64,000 nucleotides of DNA from a virus (IMGVR_UViG_3300028887_000077:32001-96000), one strand, 5' to 3'. Counted from the first letter of the stretch, positions 28,597-38,407 are shown. Program-made: numbers and translations. The notes: generated from the sequence alone by a model not told the origin.

Positions 28597-28777
28597 GCTT
28601 GGTGATATAACCATAAGACAAATGAATATTCTTTGCTCAATGAATGAAAATTGTAATGCCTGTCCTCTATGTTCACAAGTAAAAGGAGGATTACATTTTG
28701 ACTGTAATCCTTACGCGTCTGTGAAAAAAGATTATGACAGAGAAATCGAACTGCCGGACGAGGAGACAGAGAAATGA
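28586..28777 (+). CDS. Hypothetical protein
   Basis: Coupled ORF with CNACPL. Confidence 0.5.
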   Translation: MKVKLGDITIRQMNILCSMNENCNACPLCSQVKGGLHFDCNPYASVKKDYDREIELPDEETEK

Positions 28778-29154
28778 ACGCGAAAAAACAAAATCACATT
28801 GCATATTTCGGTTATCAACCGAATGACGGAATAACCGAAATGCCAACGCCGCCTACATCTGGATCAAGTATCGTGTGTCACGAGCATCTGAAAACGCTAT
28901 TTGTAATAAAAGAAGAAGACGTTTCCAACGGAGAGTTCCATTTTGAAATCATTGGAAATCGCGGGTGGACAAGTAAAGAGACTGCTATTGCAGAGTTCAA
29001 AAAACGAGTTGCAGATAAGAAATCGTTGACTTGGTTGTGGTCCGATGGGCTAAATGTTATTGACAACGATAATGACACATTATTCGAATTTCATGAAGAT
29101 GGAAACTACAACGAATGTCACTACTCCTTGAGTGTGGTTGAATTGAGAGTATAA
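28774..29154 (+). CDS. Hypothetical protein
   Basis: Coupled ORF (ATGA overlap). Confidence 0.5.
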   Translation: MNAKKQNHIAYFGYQPNDGITEMPTPPTSGSSIVCHEHLKTLFVIKEEDVSNGEFHFEIIGNRGWTSKETAIAEFKKRVADKKSLTWLWSDGLNVIDNDNDTLFEFHEDGNYNECHYSLSVVELRV

Positions 29155-29176
29155 GATAAAGAGGAGGTGAGCGAAG

Positions 29177-29533
29177 ATGTGGGTTGACAGACTTTCTGTT
29201 TACAACAAATACGGCGGTCATTGTGCATATTGCGGTAGGTATATTGAGTTTAAGGATATGCAAGTTGACCACTTTATCCCGAAGAATAGGGGAGAACACG
29301 GCACAGACGATATAAGCAACCTTATGCCATCTTGCCGAACGTGCAATCATTACAAACGCGCACACTCTCTTGAGATCTTCAGAAGATATATTCAAGAAAT
29401 CCCGCGAAAACTTCGACAGAACTATATCTATAAGGTTGGTGTTGTTTATGGCAATGTCATTGAGCACGAAAAGCCGATAAAGTTTTACTTTGAGGAGGTG
29501 GAGGAAAGTGCTGAGATTGCCGAGATACATTAA
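29177..29533 (+). CDS. HNH endonuclease
   Basis: CAYCG, MQVDHFIP, NLMPSCRTCNHYK. Confidence 0.85.
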   Translation: MWVDRLSVYNKYGGHCAYCGRYIEFKDMQVDHFIPKNRGEHGTDDISNLMPSCRTCNHYKRAHSLEIFRRYIQEIPRKLRQNYIYKVGVVYGNVIEHEKPIKFYFEEVEESAEIAEIH

Positions 29534-29876
29534 AACTGGCGACCTTATGATATCTCTTTTTAATTATAAAGACTTAGACGGTAAGACTCGCAGTCTTCCC
29601 AACCGAGACTGTGACAATCGTCCTATATACATCTCGGTTGAAGAAATCAAAAAGGCAATCGTAAAAACGCCAACTGCCGATGTCGAACCCGTTGTACACG
29701 CTCGTTGGATATTCCAAAAGGGTGTATTTGCAAACAATGGTACAAAGGGCTGTTTTGAATGTTCTGCGTGTAAAGCCATCGTTGACTTGGAAACGTTTGA
29801 CCGTATGTGCGAATGTGGTCAAACGAGAAAGTGCGGAGCGTGCGGCGCCCGGATGGACAAGGAGGAGGAAAAATGA
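29508..29876 (+). CDS. Zn-ribbon phage protein (PTADV.PV.HA.W family)
   Basis: PTADVEPVVHARW...CSAC...CGACGARMD. Confidence 0.65.
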   Translation: MLRLPRYIKTGDLMISLFNYKDLDGKTRSLPNRDCDNRPIYISVEEIKKAIVKTPTADVEPVVHARWIFQKGVFANNGTKGCFECSACKAIVDLETFDRMCECGQTRKCGACGARMDKEEEK

Positions 29877-30019
29877 ACTACCTGTTGTCTACCGAGGCTA
29901 TTATGTGGCTTCGGAGCGTTAACTTCACCGACCGTTCGCACGAAGAACGGTTGGAACTTATCAAGGTGGCGAAAACCCTATTCCCCAACGACGTATTCCC
30001 CAGCGACGAGGAGGTATAA
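29873..30019 (+). CDS. Small hypothetical protein
   Basis: GGAGG RBS, coupled start. Confidence 0.45.
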   Translation: MNYLLSTEAIMWLRSVNFTDRSHEERLELIKVAKTLFPNDVFPSDEEV

Positions 30020-30024
30020 GAAAG

Positions 30025-30351
30025 ATGACAGAGAAGTATATTAGCGTCAATGCGTTTATCAGCACATTAAAAGAAATGCAAAAGGAGTTCTGCAATTGCA
30101 GCAGATCGTTTGGCAAGACGGCAAGTTGTGTCCTTGAAGAAACCATTAATAAACTTCAATCATTCCCTACCGTCGATGTTACCCCAGTTATTCATGCTCA
30201 CTGGATCCAGAAAAAGGAAATGATTCGTTCGCCCGAAGCGAAAAACTACAACTGTTCGGCGTGTGGCAAAGAGAGCTTTGCGTATCCGAACTGCCCGTAT
30301 TGCAGGGCCATTATGGATGAGGAAGCGGAAGATCACAACTATGAGGATTGA
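30025..30351 (+). CDS. Zn-ribbon phage protein (PTADV family)
   Basis: PTVDVTPVIHAHW...CSACG...CPYCRAIMD. Confidence 0.65.
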   Translation: MTEKYISVNAFISTLKEMQKEFCNCSRSFGKTASCVLEETINKLQSFPTVDVTPVIHAHWIQKKEMIRSPEAKNYNCSACGKESFAYPNCPYCRAIMDEEAEDHNYED

Positions 30352-30865
30352 AAATGGTATCCTATATGGTGTTCGCAACGAAGACCTTAATGCAGATGGG
30401 TCCTTTATCGTTCCGAACAGTGTTACGAGAATCTGGTGGTATGCGTTCTACAATTGCTCCGAGCTAAAATCTGTCAAAATTCATAACGGCATCCGGTTCA
30501 TCGGAGCAGGTGCATTTTCTGGATGCCATAATCTAAAATCAAAACCTGATAACTATAAAACGTTTTCGGTTACCGAAACTGGTAAACTTGTGTGCATGGG
30601 CAAGACCTATAAAGTAGGTAAAAAATCTAAGGTAAGAGGAAAATTAAATCTATGTAAAAACGGTCTACACTACTGCACCAATATCTTTGACATTTTTACC
30701 TACCGTTGTGGTGAATACGGCAAAGATTTTGTGATTGGAGTTTGCGAAGTATCCGATGAGAACGTCGGTGACAAGGTTAATTCTAAACGGTGCGCCCGTT
30801 GGGTAAAACCAACGAAAATTCTGACGAAAGAAGAAGTAATCGGAATTTTGAATGGAACCAAATAA
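30341..30865 (+). CDS. BspA-type LRR protein with C-terminal LC.NG.HYC domain
   Basis: VPNSVTRI..YAFYNCSELKSV.I..G...IG.GAFSGC; LCKNGLHYC. Confidence 0.75.
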   Translation: MRIENGILYGVRNEDLNADGSFIVPNSVTRIWWYAFYNCSELKSVKIHNGIRFIGAGAFSGCHNLKSKPDNYKTFSVTETGKLVCMGKTYKVGKKSKVRGKLNLCKNGLHYCTNIFDIFTYRCGEYGKDFVIGVCEVSDENVGDKVNSKRCARWVKPTKILTKEEVIGILNGTK

Positions 30866-30898
30866 AAGTTAAGTTTTATTTTGAGGTGTGATTTTATC

Positions 30899-31105
30899 AT
30901 GAAAATACCAAAGTACATAGACAAATTTCTGAAACGCAGAACGTTTCTAGCTTATCAGCTTATGATTGCATCTTCCGTAGTTGATGACTGGCTTGATAAA
31001 AACGGTATTGAACCGGACGAGGCGTGTTATCATACCGGCGTTTGCATTTATGCAGAACCAGATAACGCAGAAAGAGAAGTTAGAAGAGCGATTCTCAGGA
31101 AGTAA
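30899..31105 (+). CDS. Hypothetical protein, paralog of 32455..32661
   Basis: MKIPKYIDK...DDWL..NG..PD...EPD.AE.EVR.AI. Confidence 0.65.
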   Translation: MKIPKYIDKFLKRRTFLAYQLMIASSVVDDWLDKNGIEPDEACYHTGVCIYAEPDNAEREVRRAILRK

Positions 31106-31136
31106 TTAAAATCTCTGTTTTATAAGGAGTCTGACC

Positions 31137-31391
31137 GTGAACGAATTCTTAAAGTTCTTCGATAAAAAGACACATAGCTTTCCTATGCATCTTTTTATAA
31201 CCTACAACAAAACCTGTGACTGGGAAATATACATCTACAAAAAGGGATGTGCAGACGATTATCCCGGATGTAAACGAGACGGAGACGATGTCGTTATTGT
31301 CGACGTGCAAGACGGGGATCTTGAACTTTGCTTTGCTAGGGCTCAGGTTGCTCTCAAAGAGTGGTTGGCCGACTTCGATGGTGGCTATTAA
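31137..31391 (+). CDS. Hypothetical protein
   Basis: AAGGAG RBS; 84 aa. Confidence 0.6.
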   Translation: MNEFLKFFDKKTHSFPMHLFITYNKTCDWEIYIYKKGCADDYPGCKRDGDDVVIVDVQDGDLELCFARAQVALKEWLADFDGGY

Positions 31392-31422
31392 ATAAATAAT
31401 GATAAAATTTTTCCACAACCCC

Positions 31423-31451
31423 TTGACAACTTCAAGGGGTTGTGTTATAAT
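31423..31451 (+). promoter_or_regulatory. Sigma-A/70 promoter within a 13-bp inverted repeat
   Basis: TTGACA-17-TATAAT; CACAACCCCTTGA/TCAAGGGGTTGTG. Confidence 0.85.
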
Positions 31452-31487
31452 GATGATACTAAACAAGAATAAGGGAGAAAAAACAAG

Positions 31488-31748
31488 ATGACATTGTACG
31501 AATATCTTAGGAAAAAAACCGGAGTGCGCGAACTTTGTGTTATCACAGAAGGTGGCTGGATGGTTGCCACGGCGTATATTGACTATGAAGATCTCTTTCA
31601 ACTTCCGGCACGCCTTTGCGATATGGATGTATTGGGTACACGCTTTGACATGCTCCCGGTCAGAGACGACAAGAACAGCACCAATGAACGCGAGAGGGTT
31701 GTTTATGTCCCAGTGCGCGTTATCGAAGTCGGTAAAGGACCATTCTGA
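31488..31748 (+). CDS. Hypothetical protein
   Basis: First ORF after the promoter, with RBS. Confidence 0.55.
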   Translation: MTLYEYLRKKTGVRELCVITEGGWMVATAYIDYEDLFQLPARLCDMDVLGTRFDMLPVRDDKNSTNERERVVYVPVRVIEVGKGPF

Positions 31749-31761
31749 AAGGAGAAATAAA

Positions 31762-32022
31762 ATGGAATACGCATTTTTGATTGACGTTTGTCAAAGAGCA
31801 ATTGGTAGTCAGGACGAGAACTACACGCACCCCGAAGTATATTCGACCTTTGTAAAGGCGAAAAACTATGTGGACCGAATTGTTCAAGACATTTCGCACC
31901 GGTATCCGGATGCTAACATAACTTACAAAGAAAATGTTGTTGGATTTATGTCAGTGTCTGTTTTGTATGACGGTGGCCATCGGTTTGTTGAGTATAACAT
32001 CAAAGAAGTTGAGGTTGTTTAA
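31762..32022 (+). CDS. Hypothetical protein
   Basis: AAAGGAG RBS before ATG 31762. Confidence 0.55.
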   Translation: MEYAFLIDVCQRAIGSQDENYTHPEVYSTFVKAKNYVDRIVQDISHRYPDANITYKENVVGFMSVSVLYDGGHRFVEYNIKEVEVV

Positions 32023-32023
32023 G

Positions 32024-32458
32024 ATGAAAACATACGCAGATCTTGATTTGATTAAAATCAGAGACGAGTGTGGTCTTGATTTCGCTCGTCATACATACAG
32101 CAAAGGGCAGTGTACGTGTTGTTATGGGCCAACGGACATGGCGGCGCACTGGTGGGCGAAGGGAAAGAAGCCGAAAAAGATACCTCTTGACACCAGCGGA
32201 AGATTCTATAAGTGGGATAGAGACATTTCTAATATGACCTATATCCTTTTTAAGAACGCGTATAACTGCGGTGGGCGCATCAAATCCCTCGACGAGCCGA
32301 TAAAAGACCATACTTGTATTGGATATGTGTTCAGAGATGAAGAACAGAAACTCAAGGTTTGCCGGATGCTGCAAGATCAACTCGGCGACGAGTATAAGGT
32401 AGAGGTTCCGGAAGATGATCTGACGTGCATTATTGTTAACTACAGAGGAGAAGCATGA
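32024..32458 (+). CDS. Hypothetical protein
   Basis: ORF with CTCCYGP motif. Confidence 0.55.
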   Translation: MKTYADLDLIKIRDECGLDFARHTYSKGQCTCCYGPTDMAAHWWAKGKKPKKIPLDTSGRFYKWDRDISNMTYILFKNAYNCGGRIKSLDEPIKDHTCIGYVFRDEEQKLKVCRMLQDQLGDEYKVEVPEDDLTCIIVNYRGEA

Positions 32459-32661
32459 AAATACCGAAGTACATTGATAAACTACTCCGCCGCAGGACAA
32501 GACTCGCAAATGCGCTCATGGTCACATGCGTTGATCTTGATGATTGGCTCACCAACAATGGTGTTGATCCTGACCAGTGTTGCTGGCAGACAGGTTGTAT
32601 GATCTACACCGAGCCGGATGCGGCGGAGAACGAAGTTAGAAAAGCCATTGAGGAGGCGTAA
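32455..32661 (+). CDS. Hypothetical protein, paralog of 30899..31105
   Basis: MKIPKYIDKLLRRR. Confidence 0.65.
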   Translation: MKIPKYIDKLLRRRTRLANALMVTCVDLDDWLTNNGVDPDQCCWQTGCMIYTEPDAAENEVRKAIEEA

Positions 32662-32662
32662 T

Positions 32663-33133
32663 ATGAGGGAATATCTGTTCAGAGGAAAGCGCGAAGATAA
32701 TGGGGAGTGGGTGTTTGGCGGGATTCTGCCCGACGTTAGCAGTGTTGAGATCGTCGCAGTCGAATCCTTCCCGGGGTACTTCAATCCGTGTAGTGGATAC
32801 GGCGAGCCTCCGTCCAGCGAGCTCTGCGAGTATCTTGTTGACCCCAACACCGTTGGTCAGTATGTTGGAAGGAAAGACAAAAACGGGAAAGACATCTTTG
32901 AAGGGGATATTGTAGCGATATATGTCCCCTCTTACGATCTTTCGATTTCATCAAATCCCTACGCCGTCGAGCGTTGCTTGGGAGTGATTGAGTATGATGA
33001 GGACACTTTAACATACAAGATCGAGATGGAAGCCGTCTGTGACTTTGTGAGCGAGTTCACCTCGTGTGAGATAGAAGTTGTCGGAAACATCTTTGAGAAC
33101 CCCGAGTTGGTGAGTTGGAGGAATAAAAAATGA
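32663..33133 (+). CDS. YopX-family protein
   Basis: MREYLFRGKREDNGEWV.G, TVGQY, DKNGKDIFEGDI, EVVGNIFENPEL. Confidence 0.85.
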   Translation: MREYLFRGKREDNGEWVFGGILPDVSSVEIVAVESFPGYFNPCSGYGEPPSSELCEYLVDPNTVGQYVGRKDKNGKDIFEGDIVAIYVPSYDLSISSNPYAVERCLGVIEYDEDTLTYKIEMEAVCDFVSEFTSCEIEVVGNIFENPELVSWRNKK

Positions 33134-33561
33134 CTGAAGCAGTAAAAGAACTTATAAGGCTTGTGCAAGAAAACCCGGATGTCGAGGTAATCTGCATGAC
33201 AGACTCCGATGTGGTTGAAGACGGCTCGTTTGGAGCATACCTGTCTGAGATTCATTGTTGTCGTCTTGGCGAGTATGCGTGTTATTCGGAAAGATTTTAT
33301 GACGATCGCGAAGAGTTCAAAGAGGACTACTTCGACGCTAATTCCGATGAACTCTGTGAAAAATTTCACTACTCGCCACGCCTTGACACTTCTCGTCTTC
33401 CGGAGTTTGAAGTTGAGTATCACAAAAGAGCAGAGCAGAATCTTGAAAATTATCTTGACTCGCTTGCGGAAAAATATTTTAGAAAGGCAATAATTTGTCA
33501 TATTACAACACCCACGAATACGGATGTTGTAGAAGTTCCGAGATTTTTATTAAATCTTTAA
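33130..33561 (+). CDS. Hypothetical protein
   Basis: ELIRLVQENPD N-terminus; coupled. Confidence 0.55.
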   Translation: MTEAVKELIRLVQENPDVEVICMTDSDVVEDGSFGAYLSEIHCCRLGEYACYSERFYDDREEFKEDYFDANSDELCEKFHYSPRLDTSRLPEFEVEYHKRAEQNLENYLDSLAEKYFRKAIICHITTPTNTDVVEVPRFLLNL

Positions 33562-33569
33562 GGAGAAAT

Positions 33570-33908
33570 ATGAAGGCGAACGAATATTTCATCGAAGATA
33601 TTACAAAAATAAGTCGGTCCCCGTATTTGTGGATCTCGCCTACCGGTGAAGTTTACGGGAACGGGTCTCACTATCAAGTCGCTCAGAGTATCTGTGGAAA
33701 CAGTGGAATTTTTTCTGCCGATTGCGGAGACGCTTTGCTAAAACTTGGATGGATTAAATTGTCCGACAGTTGTATGGCTTACATCTATGAAAAAGACGGT
33801 ATGTACGACCATCTGACCGATGAACAACTTGCCATATGTAGAGACCTGGACGATTTGTACCCGGCTAAGTGGTTTTTCAGCACATCGTTTTTATATAGGG
33901 ATAAATAA
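33570..33908 (+). CDS. Hypothetical protein (WISPTG family, related to 38426)
   Basis: WISPTG...H...A...L..LGWIK. Confidence 0.55.
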   Translation: MKANEYFIEDITKISRSPYLWISPTGEVYGNGSHYQVAQSICGNSGIFSADCGDALLKLGWIKLSDSCMAYIYEKDGMYDHLTDEQLAICRDLDDLYPAKWFFSTSFLYRDK

Positions 33909-33909
33909 A

Positions 33910-34119
33910 ATGGGAAAAGAATTTTCTTACAAAGAAGAGTATGACAAAAAGACCGATTCTCTTCACGTCGTAAACTCAGACGGCTGTGATTGGTGCGACG
34001 GCGTAGGAGTTAACCCTAACGGCTGCTTTTGTGGCGAGTGCGATATGATTAGCAAAGAAGAGTGTTCGGCAAGAACAAGGCGTAGCGACGAGGATACAGA
34101 AGATGGAAGGGATGCATGA
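33910..34119 (+). CDS. Small Cys-rich hypothetical protein
   Basis: CDWCDG, FCGEC. Confidence 0.5.
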   Translation: MGKEFSYKEEYDKKTDSLHVVNSDGCDWCDGVGVNPNGCFCGECDMISKEECSARTRRSDEDTEDGRDA

Positions 34120-34303
34120 AAGAAAAGGATCGGAAAGACGTGAAGTATTCTGGAAACAATGTAAAAGTTGTATCCACAATAGGGCATATTACTTTCCTTG
34201 TAATCGCTCCCCGTTATACAAAGAAACCAGTTGTAGCAGTTATGTCAAAAGCGTGCCGTCAAAGGCTTTTGGTAGCCATTCTGGAAAGAAAAGGATATAA
34301 GTA

Positions 34304-34720
34304 ATGCCGAGATACATTGATGCAAATAAAATCGAGTATGAGCCAAGATATGGCTACGATGAATGGGATGTAACTAAGGCAGAAATCGAAAAAATCCCAA
34401 CAGCTGATGTCGCTCCTGTGATCCATGCGCACTGGCGTTACTTACCTGGCGTGTTTTCAAACGAAGGCAGAAAGGGCTGTGTGGAATGTTCGGCGTGTAA
34501 AAGCACTATCGACCAAGAAGTGTATCACCGTATGTACAAATGTGGTCAAACGAGAAGATGCGGAGCGTGTGGAGCACAGATGGTCGAGGAGGGCGAACGA
34601 TGCCAACTGACTATATCAGCCGAGAAACAGATGAACGAAATTAACGGACGCATGATAAAAATCGAAGAAAAGGAGAAATACGATGTCGAACGAAGCGAAG
34701 AAAATCATACAGACTATTAA
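34304..34720 (+). CDS. Zn-ribbon phage protein (PTADV family; close paralog of 29508)
   Basis: PTADVAPVIHAHW...KGC.ECSACK...CGQTR.CGACGA.M. Confidence 0.7.
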   Translation: MPRYIDANKIEYEPRYGYDEWDVTKAEIEKIPTADVAPVIHAHWRYLPGVFSNEGRKGCVECSACKSTIDQEVYHRMYKCGQTRRCGACGAQMVEEGERCQLTISAEKQMNEINGRMIKIEEKEKYDVERSEENHTDY

Positions 34721-35150
34721 AAGAGGGGAACTTCCCGAACTTCCTGATGTTGATAAACAGGGAACATACGGGTTGCAGACTATTGGAGAGTTTAAAAAAA
34801 TGCCGAGATACATCGTTGACGCAGAAAAGATGCAGTCTCTTTTGGAAGAAGAGATTGAAGAATGTGGCAATCCTACTGCCGACAATAATCCGATCGCCTA
34901 TGGGACAACGCTCGGATTAAAAATGTCATTGAGTTATACCAAAACGCTCTCGACCGCCGATGCCGCGCCCGTGATCCATGCGAAGTGGGTTAGTCTTGCT
35001 TATGACTTTTTCAGCGGCAAATTCGTCTATGCATGTAGCCGATGTGACAGGCGTATAAAAGTTTATCATAGAGAAGACACTAAAGATTATCCGTACTGCC
35101 ACTGTGGAGCGAAGATGGACGAAAGGATCGAAGAAAATGACTCGGTTTAA
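34683..35150 (+). CDS. Zn-ribbon phage protein (PTADV family)
   Basis: TADAAPVIHAKW...CSRC...YCHCGAKMD; internal MPRYI start at 34800 possible. Confidence 0.6.
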   Translation: MSNEAKKIIQTIKRGELPELPDVDKQGTYGLQTIGEFKKMPRYIVDAEKMQSLLEEEIEECGNPTADNNPIAYGTTLGLKMSLSYTKTLSTADAAPVIHAKWVSLAYDFFSGKFVYACSRCDRRIKVYHREDTKDYPYCHCGAKMDERIEENDSV

Positions 35151-35388
35151 CACACAAGAAGGCAACGGCGAATTTCGCTTGCAGTTTGAGACAGATGACA
35201 AGGACAAATTTCTGTATATGCAAGAGAAAGCGAGAAGATGCGTGGATAACAATATGGACGAGGAGGTTGAACAGAATCGTAATGCCGTAGACGAGACGGA
35301 ACGCGCATATAAATACATCTGTGAAAGCGAAACAAATGATTTGGAACTCATTGCCGCTGGTTTGGATCGTTTGAAAAAAAACAAATAA
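35137..35388 (+). CDS. Hypothetical protein
   Basis: Coupled ORF. Confidence 0.5.
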   Translation: MTRFNTQEGNGEFRLQFETDDKDKFLYMQEKARRCVDNNMDEEVEQNRNAVDETERAYKYICESETNDLELIAAGLDRLKKNK

Positions 35389-35456
35389 AAAAAAATTAGA
35401 AGTGCTATTTGTGAGTAGGAGTATTAACAGTGAAACAAGGCGAGCGAGGAGAACAA

Positions 35457-36128
35457 ATGATTACCTTAAAAAGGATTGAAAACGGTGTCCTATACCATGT
35501 CTACAACGAGGACATCGACGCAGATGGCTCGTTTATCGTCCCGAACGGAGTCACGAGTATAGCAGGCTGTGCATTCTGGGGATGTTTTGGTTTAACCTCA
35601 GTCACCATCCCCGATAGCGTTACATATATTGGGAGAGGGGCGTTCGGGCGGTGTTCCGAACTGACTTCTGTCACAATACCGAACAGCGTTACCAGTATCG
35701 GAGAAAGTGCGTTCTATGGCTGCACCAAACTAACATCTGTCATAATCGGCAATGGCGTTACAAGAATCGAAAAATATGCGTTCGACAACTGCATTACTCT
35801 GACATCAAAAAGAGCAAATTACAAGGCATTTGCCCTCACTAAAAGTGGCGAACTGAAATGTCGAAACGAACTTTACACTGTTGGGGAAAAATCAACTGTC
35901 GAAAATAACCTCAGACTCTGTGAAAACGGTATTCACTACTGCACAAATCTTTTCGACATTTTTAACTATTACTCTGGCGTATATGGTAAAGATTTTGTAA
36001 TTGGTATTTGCGAAGTCTCTGACAGGAACATTGGTGGTGGAGACGATTCCAAACGCTGTGCAAGATGGGTAAAACCGAAGAAAATTCTTACGAGAGAAGA
36101 AGTCATTAAAATTATGAATGGGGATTAA
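35457..36128 (+). CDS. BspA-type LRR protein, longer paralog of 30341..30865
   Basis: [21 protein letters not shown]; about four LTSVTIP.SVT.IG..AF..C repeats; LCENGIHYC. Confidence 0.8.
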   Translation: MITLKRIENGVLYHVYNEDIDADGSFIVPNGVTSIAGCAFWGCFGLTSVTIPDSVTYIGRGAFGRCSELTSVTIPNSVTSIGESAFYGCTKLTSVIIGNGVTRIEKYAFDNCITLTSKRANYKAFALTKSGELKCRNELYTVGEKSTVENNLRLCENGIHYCTNLFDIFNYYSGVYGKDFVIGICEVSDRNIGGGDDSKRCARWVKPKKILTREEVIKIMNGD

Positions 36129-36132
36129 AACA

Positions 36133-36609
36133 ATGAAACTTAAAGTAATTCGTAAAACTGAAGAGGAAGTCAATCTTAAAATTACCGGCGCAACCCTGCT
36201 GTCCATTGAAGAGGCGGAGGCGCTGCCGTACCATCTGAGCAGGTATACTAATTGGTGGTGGCTGCGTTCTCCCGGCATTAGGCATTTATATGCTTCCTAT
36301 GTCAACTGCACCGGCTATGTTAATTTCAATCATTATGGTGAATTTGTTGAAGATACCGGATCGTCGGTCCGCCCCGCTTTGAAAATTGAGAATCTCAAAT
36401 CCACCGGTCTTAAAGTAGGAGACTCTATCATCTTCAATGATAAGGAGTTCGAGGTTATCTCGGACACCCTAGCGTTCTGCAAAACAGATATCGGGGCCAA
36501 CTGGTTCCGCAAGAACAGTGAAGCGGAAGACGCAAACGACTATGAGAAGTCCGACGTGAAGAAGTTCGTTGACTGGTGGTTCGAGGACGCAATGAAAAGG
36601 AAGGAATGA
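36133..36609 (+). CDS. DUF6273-like protein
   Basis: LLSIEEA, WWWLRSPG, VRPAL, DYEKSDVK. Confidence 0.65.
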   Translation: MKLKVIRKTEEEVNLKITGATLLSIEEAEALPYHLSRYTNWWWLRSPGIRHLYASYVNCTGYVNFNHYGEFVEDTGSSVRPALKIENLKSTGLKVGDSIIFNDKEFEVISDTLAFCKTDIGANWFRKNSEAEDANDYEKSDVKKFVDWWFEDAMKRKE

Positions 36610-36625
36610 AAGGGTCTAAATAACT

Positions 36626-36802
36626 ATGATGGTTTATTATCACAAATGCGACCACTGCGGAAAAGAGTTAAACGAAATGCACGACTATGTTGATAGTGAG
36701 ATCGACATGGATATGTGCAGGGTTGAAGCGGACTTATGCGAAGAGTGTGCTGAAAAACTCAAGAATATGATTACATATTTCTTGAATAAGAAAGATAAAT
36801 AA
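36626..36802 (+). CDS. Small Zn-finger protein (58 aa, not in track)
   Basis: CDHCGK...DLCEECAEKL. Confidence 0.5.
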   Translation: MMVYYHKCDHCGKELNEMHDYVDSEIDMDMCRVEADLCEECAEKLKNMITYFLNKKDK

Positions 36803-37046
36803 TACGGAACGTGACAAATAAAATCCGTCTTTTATTAAAAAACGCCTAAAACGGTGTTTTATAACCGTTTTTCAGAAACGAAAACGGGAAATTGCCCATA
36901 TTAAACTCTCAAAAACGCTTACACAGGCAACAAAAATGATGACAAATCGTGAAATGGCCCTGTTTATTAGGGCTCGTGGGACCGGACATAATGATAACGG
37001 CGCCGGTATAGAAATGAGGCCGATGTGCATTAAAAAGGAGAATCAC

Positions 37047-37226
37047 ATGGAACATAAATGCGACCAGTGTGCGTATGCGCGTCTGGTGATTTCTGAAAAC
37101 GGGCTTCATTATTCGTGCACGCTTTCGAGTAAGTCTGTCACGAACTGTATGATTCACAACTATTCGAAGTTTGTTCAGCGTGTTCTGCGCTCTACCATGT
37201 TTGAGGAAAACAAAGATGAACAATAA
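37047..37226 (+). CDS. Small hypothetical protein
   Basis: AAGGAG RBS; CDQC. Confidence 0.5.
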   Translation: MEHKCDQCAYARLVISENGLHYSCTLSSKSVTNCMIHNYSKFVQRVLRSTMFEENKDEQ

Positions 37227-37677
37227 AGAAAACGAAACATTCCAATATGCAGGAAGAATAGGAAACAAACAGTTCTTCGAAGGAAGCGACGGAAGCTTTA
37301 AAGAAGTGCGGTTGATTGACGCAAATTCCATCCCGTTTTGCTACATTACGTATCCTGTTTTTAGCTATTACGGATCCAAGGTGGACACAGAAAGCGTTGG
37401 GCCGGTCGCTAAAAAAAAGGACATCGACAGACTCCCAACCTTTAAATTCCCGGAAGCCTGGTGGGAGCTGAGGGCGTTTTGTGAGGAACCTATTGAAGCA
37501 CACAACCCAGACGGTTCGTCGTGTACCGCGGAGCATCCTATTCGCGAAGGGTGGTTTTGCTCTAGGTGTGGGTACATTGTGTCCGAAACTGGTCATCCGG
37601 TCGAGGGCTTCTGCGGCATTTGCGGATCTAAAATGATCGGGTGGAGAGACAAGAAGGGTGAGGTGAGAAAGAGATGA
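37216..37677 (+). CDS. Zn-ribbon phage protein (RLIDA/PT family)
   Basis: RLIDAN, LPT, CSRCG, CGICGSKM. Confidence 0.55.
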   Translation: MNNKENETFQYAGRIGNKQFFEGSDGSFKEVRLIDANSIPFCYITYPVFSYYGSKVDTESVGPVAKKKDIDRLPTFKFPEAWWELRAFCEEPIEAHNPDGSSCTAEHPIREGWFCSRCGYIVSETGHPVEGFCGICGSKMIGWRDKKGEVRKR

Positions 37678-38201
37678 AAAAGGTAATCTACGGATATAAT
37701 AAGGGCAAAAAGAAACTGGCGAAATTGCCAAGATTATATATCGTTGGGTTGTGGGAGCATTATGGCGTTATGGATCGTCCTCTTTCAAACAAAACCGACG
37801 AGCGTGGAATTCCTCTTGTTTGGGATTATGTCGACTGCAACGGTTATCAGGACAAGTGGATCCTTATTCCGGTTGATTATATTACAACAGGGTGGATTTG
37901 CGCGTGGACTGTTAGCGAAGATAAGGCGAAAAACATTGCGGAAGCTATGAACGCAAGGGACGCCTCATGGTTTGCTTACCACAGGGGTTTTGATGGATAT
38001 GTCGAATATCATAAAGAATCAAACAAGCTGGCCTGTTCTATTAGTTATGACAACCGCACGATTTGTTGTTTTGATATAGATGATACGTTTAACTATGATG
38101 TCGTCAGAAAAGAGTTTGAAGATCGTGTGGACAAACTCATTAAGGATAAAAATATTACCATGGAAAAAACAATGCTAGGCGACGTTCCTAAAAGAGATTA
38201 A
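37674..38201 (+). CDS. Hypothetical protein
   Basis: GAGGTG RBS; 175 aa. Confidence 0.55.
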   Translation: MKKVIYGYNKGKKKLAKLPRLYIVGLWEHYGVMDRPLSNKTDERGIPLVWDYVDCNGYQDKWILIPVDYITTGWICAWTVSEDKAKNIAEAMNARDASWFAYHRGFDGYVEYHKESNKLACSISYDNRTICCFDIDDTFNYDVVRKEFEDRVDKLIKDKNITMEKTMLGDVPKRD

Positions 38202-38232
38202 AAAATGAAATAAACTTTTTATCCAAAACATC

Positions 38233-38261
38233 TTGACAAACACAAATGGACGTGTTATAAT
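38233..38261 (+). promoter_or_regulatory. Sigma-A/70 promoter for tRNA/ncRNA cluster
   Basis: TTGACA-17-TATAAT. Confidence 0.85.
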
Positions 38262-38329
38262 GTCATCGAAAGGTTGAGGCGGCCGATATAAGATGCCAAC
38301 TTAAATTGGCCGCTCCTGTAAAATCTAAT

Positions 38330-38407
38330 GGGCGCTTAGCTCAGATGGTTAGTAGCCCTCGTCTCATAAGCGAATTGTCGCAGGTTCGAGCCCTGCAGCG
38401 CCCACCA
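38330..38407 (+). tRNA. tRNA-CAU (probably Ile2, lysidine type; elongator Met possible)
   Basis: GGGCGCT/AGCGCCC acceptor, CTCATAA loop, ACCA. Confidence 0.88.
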
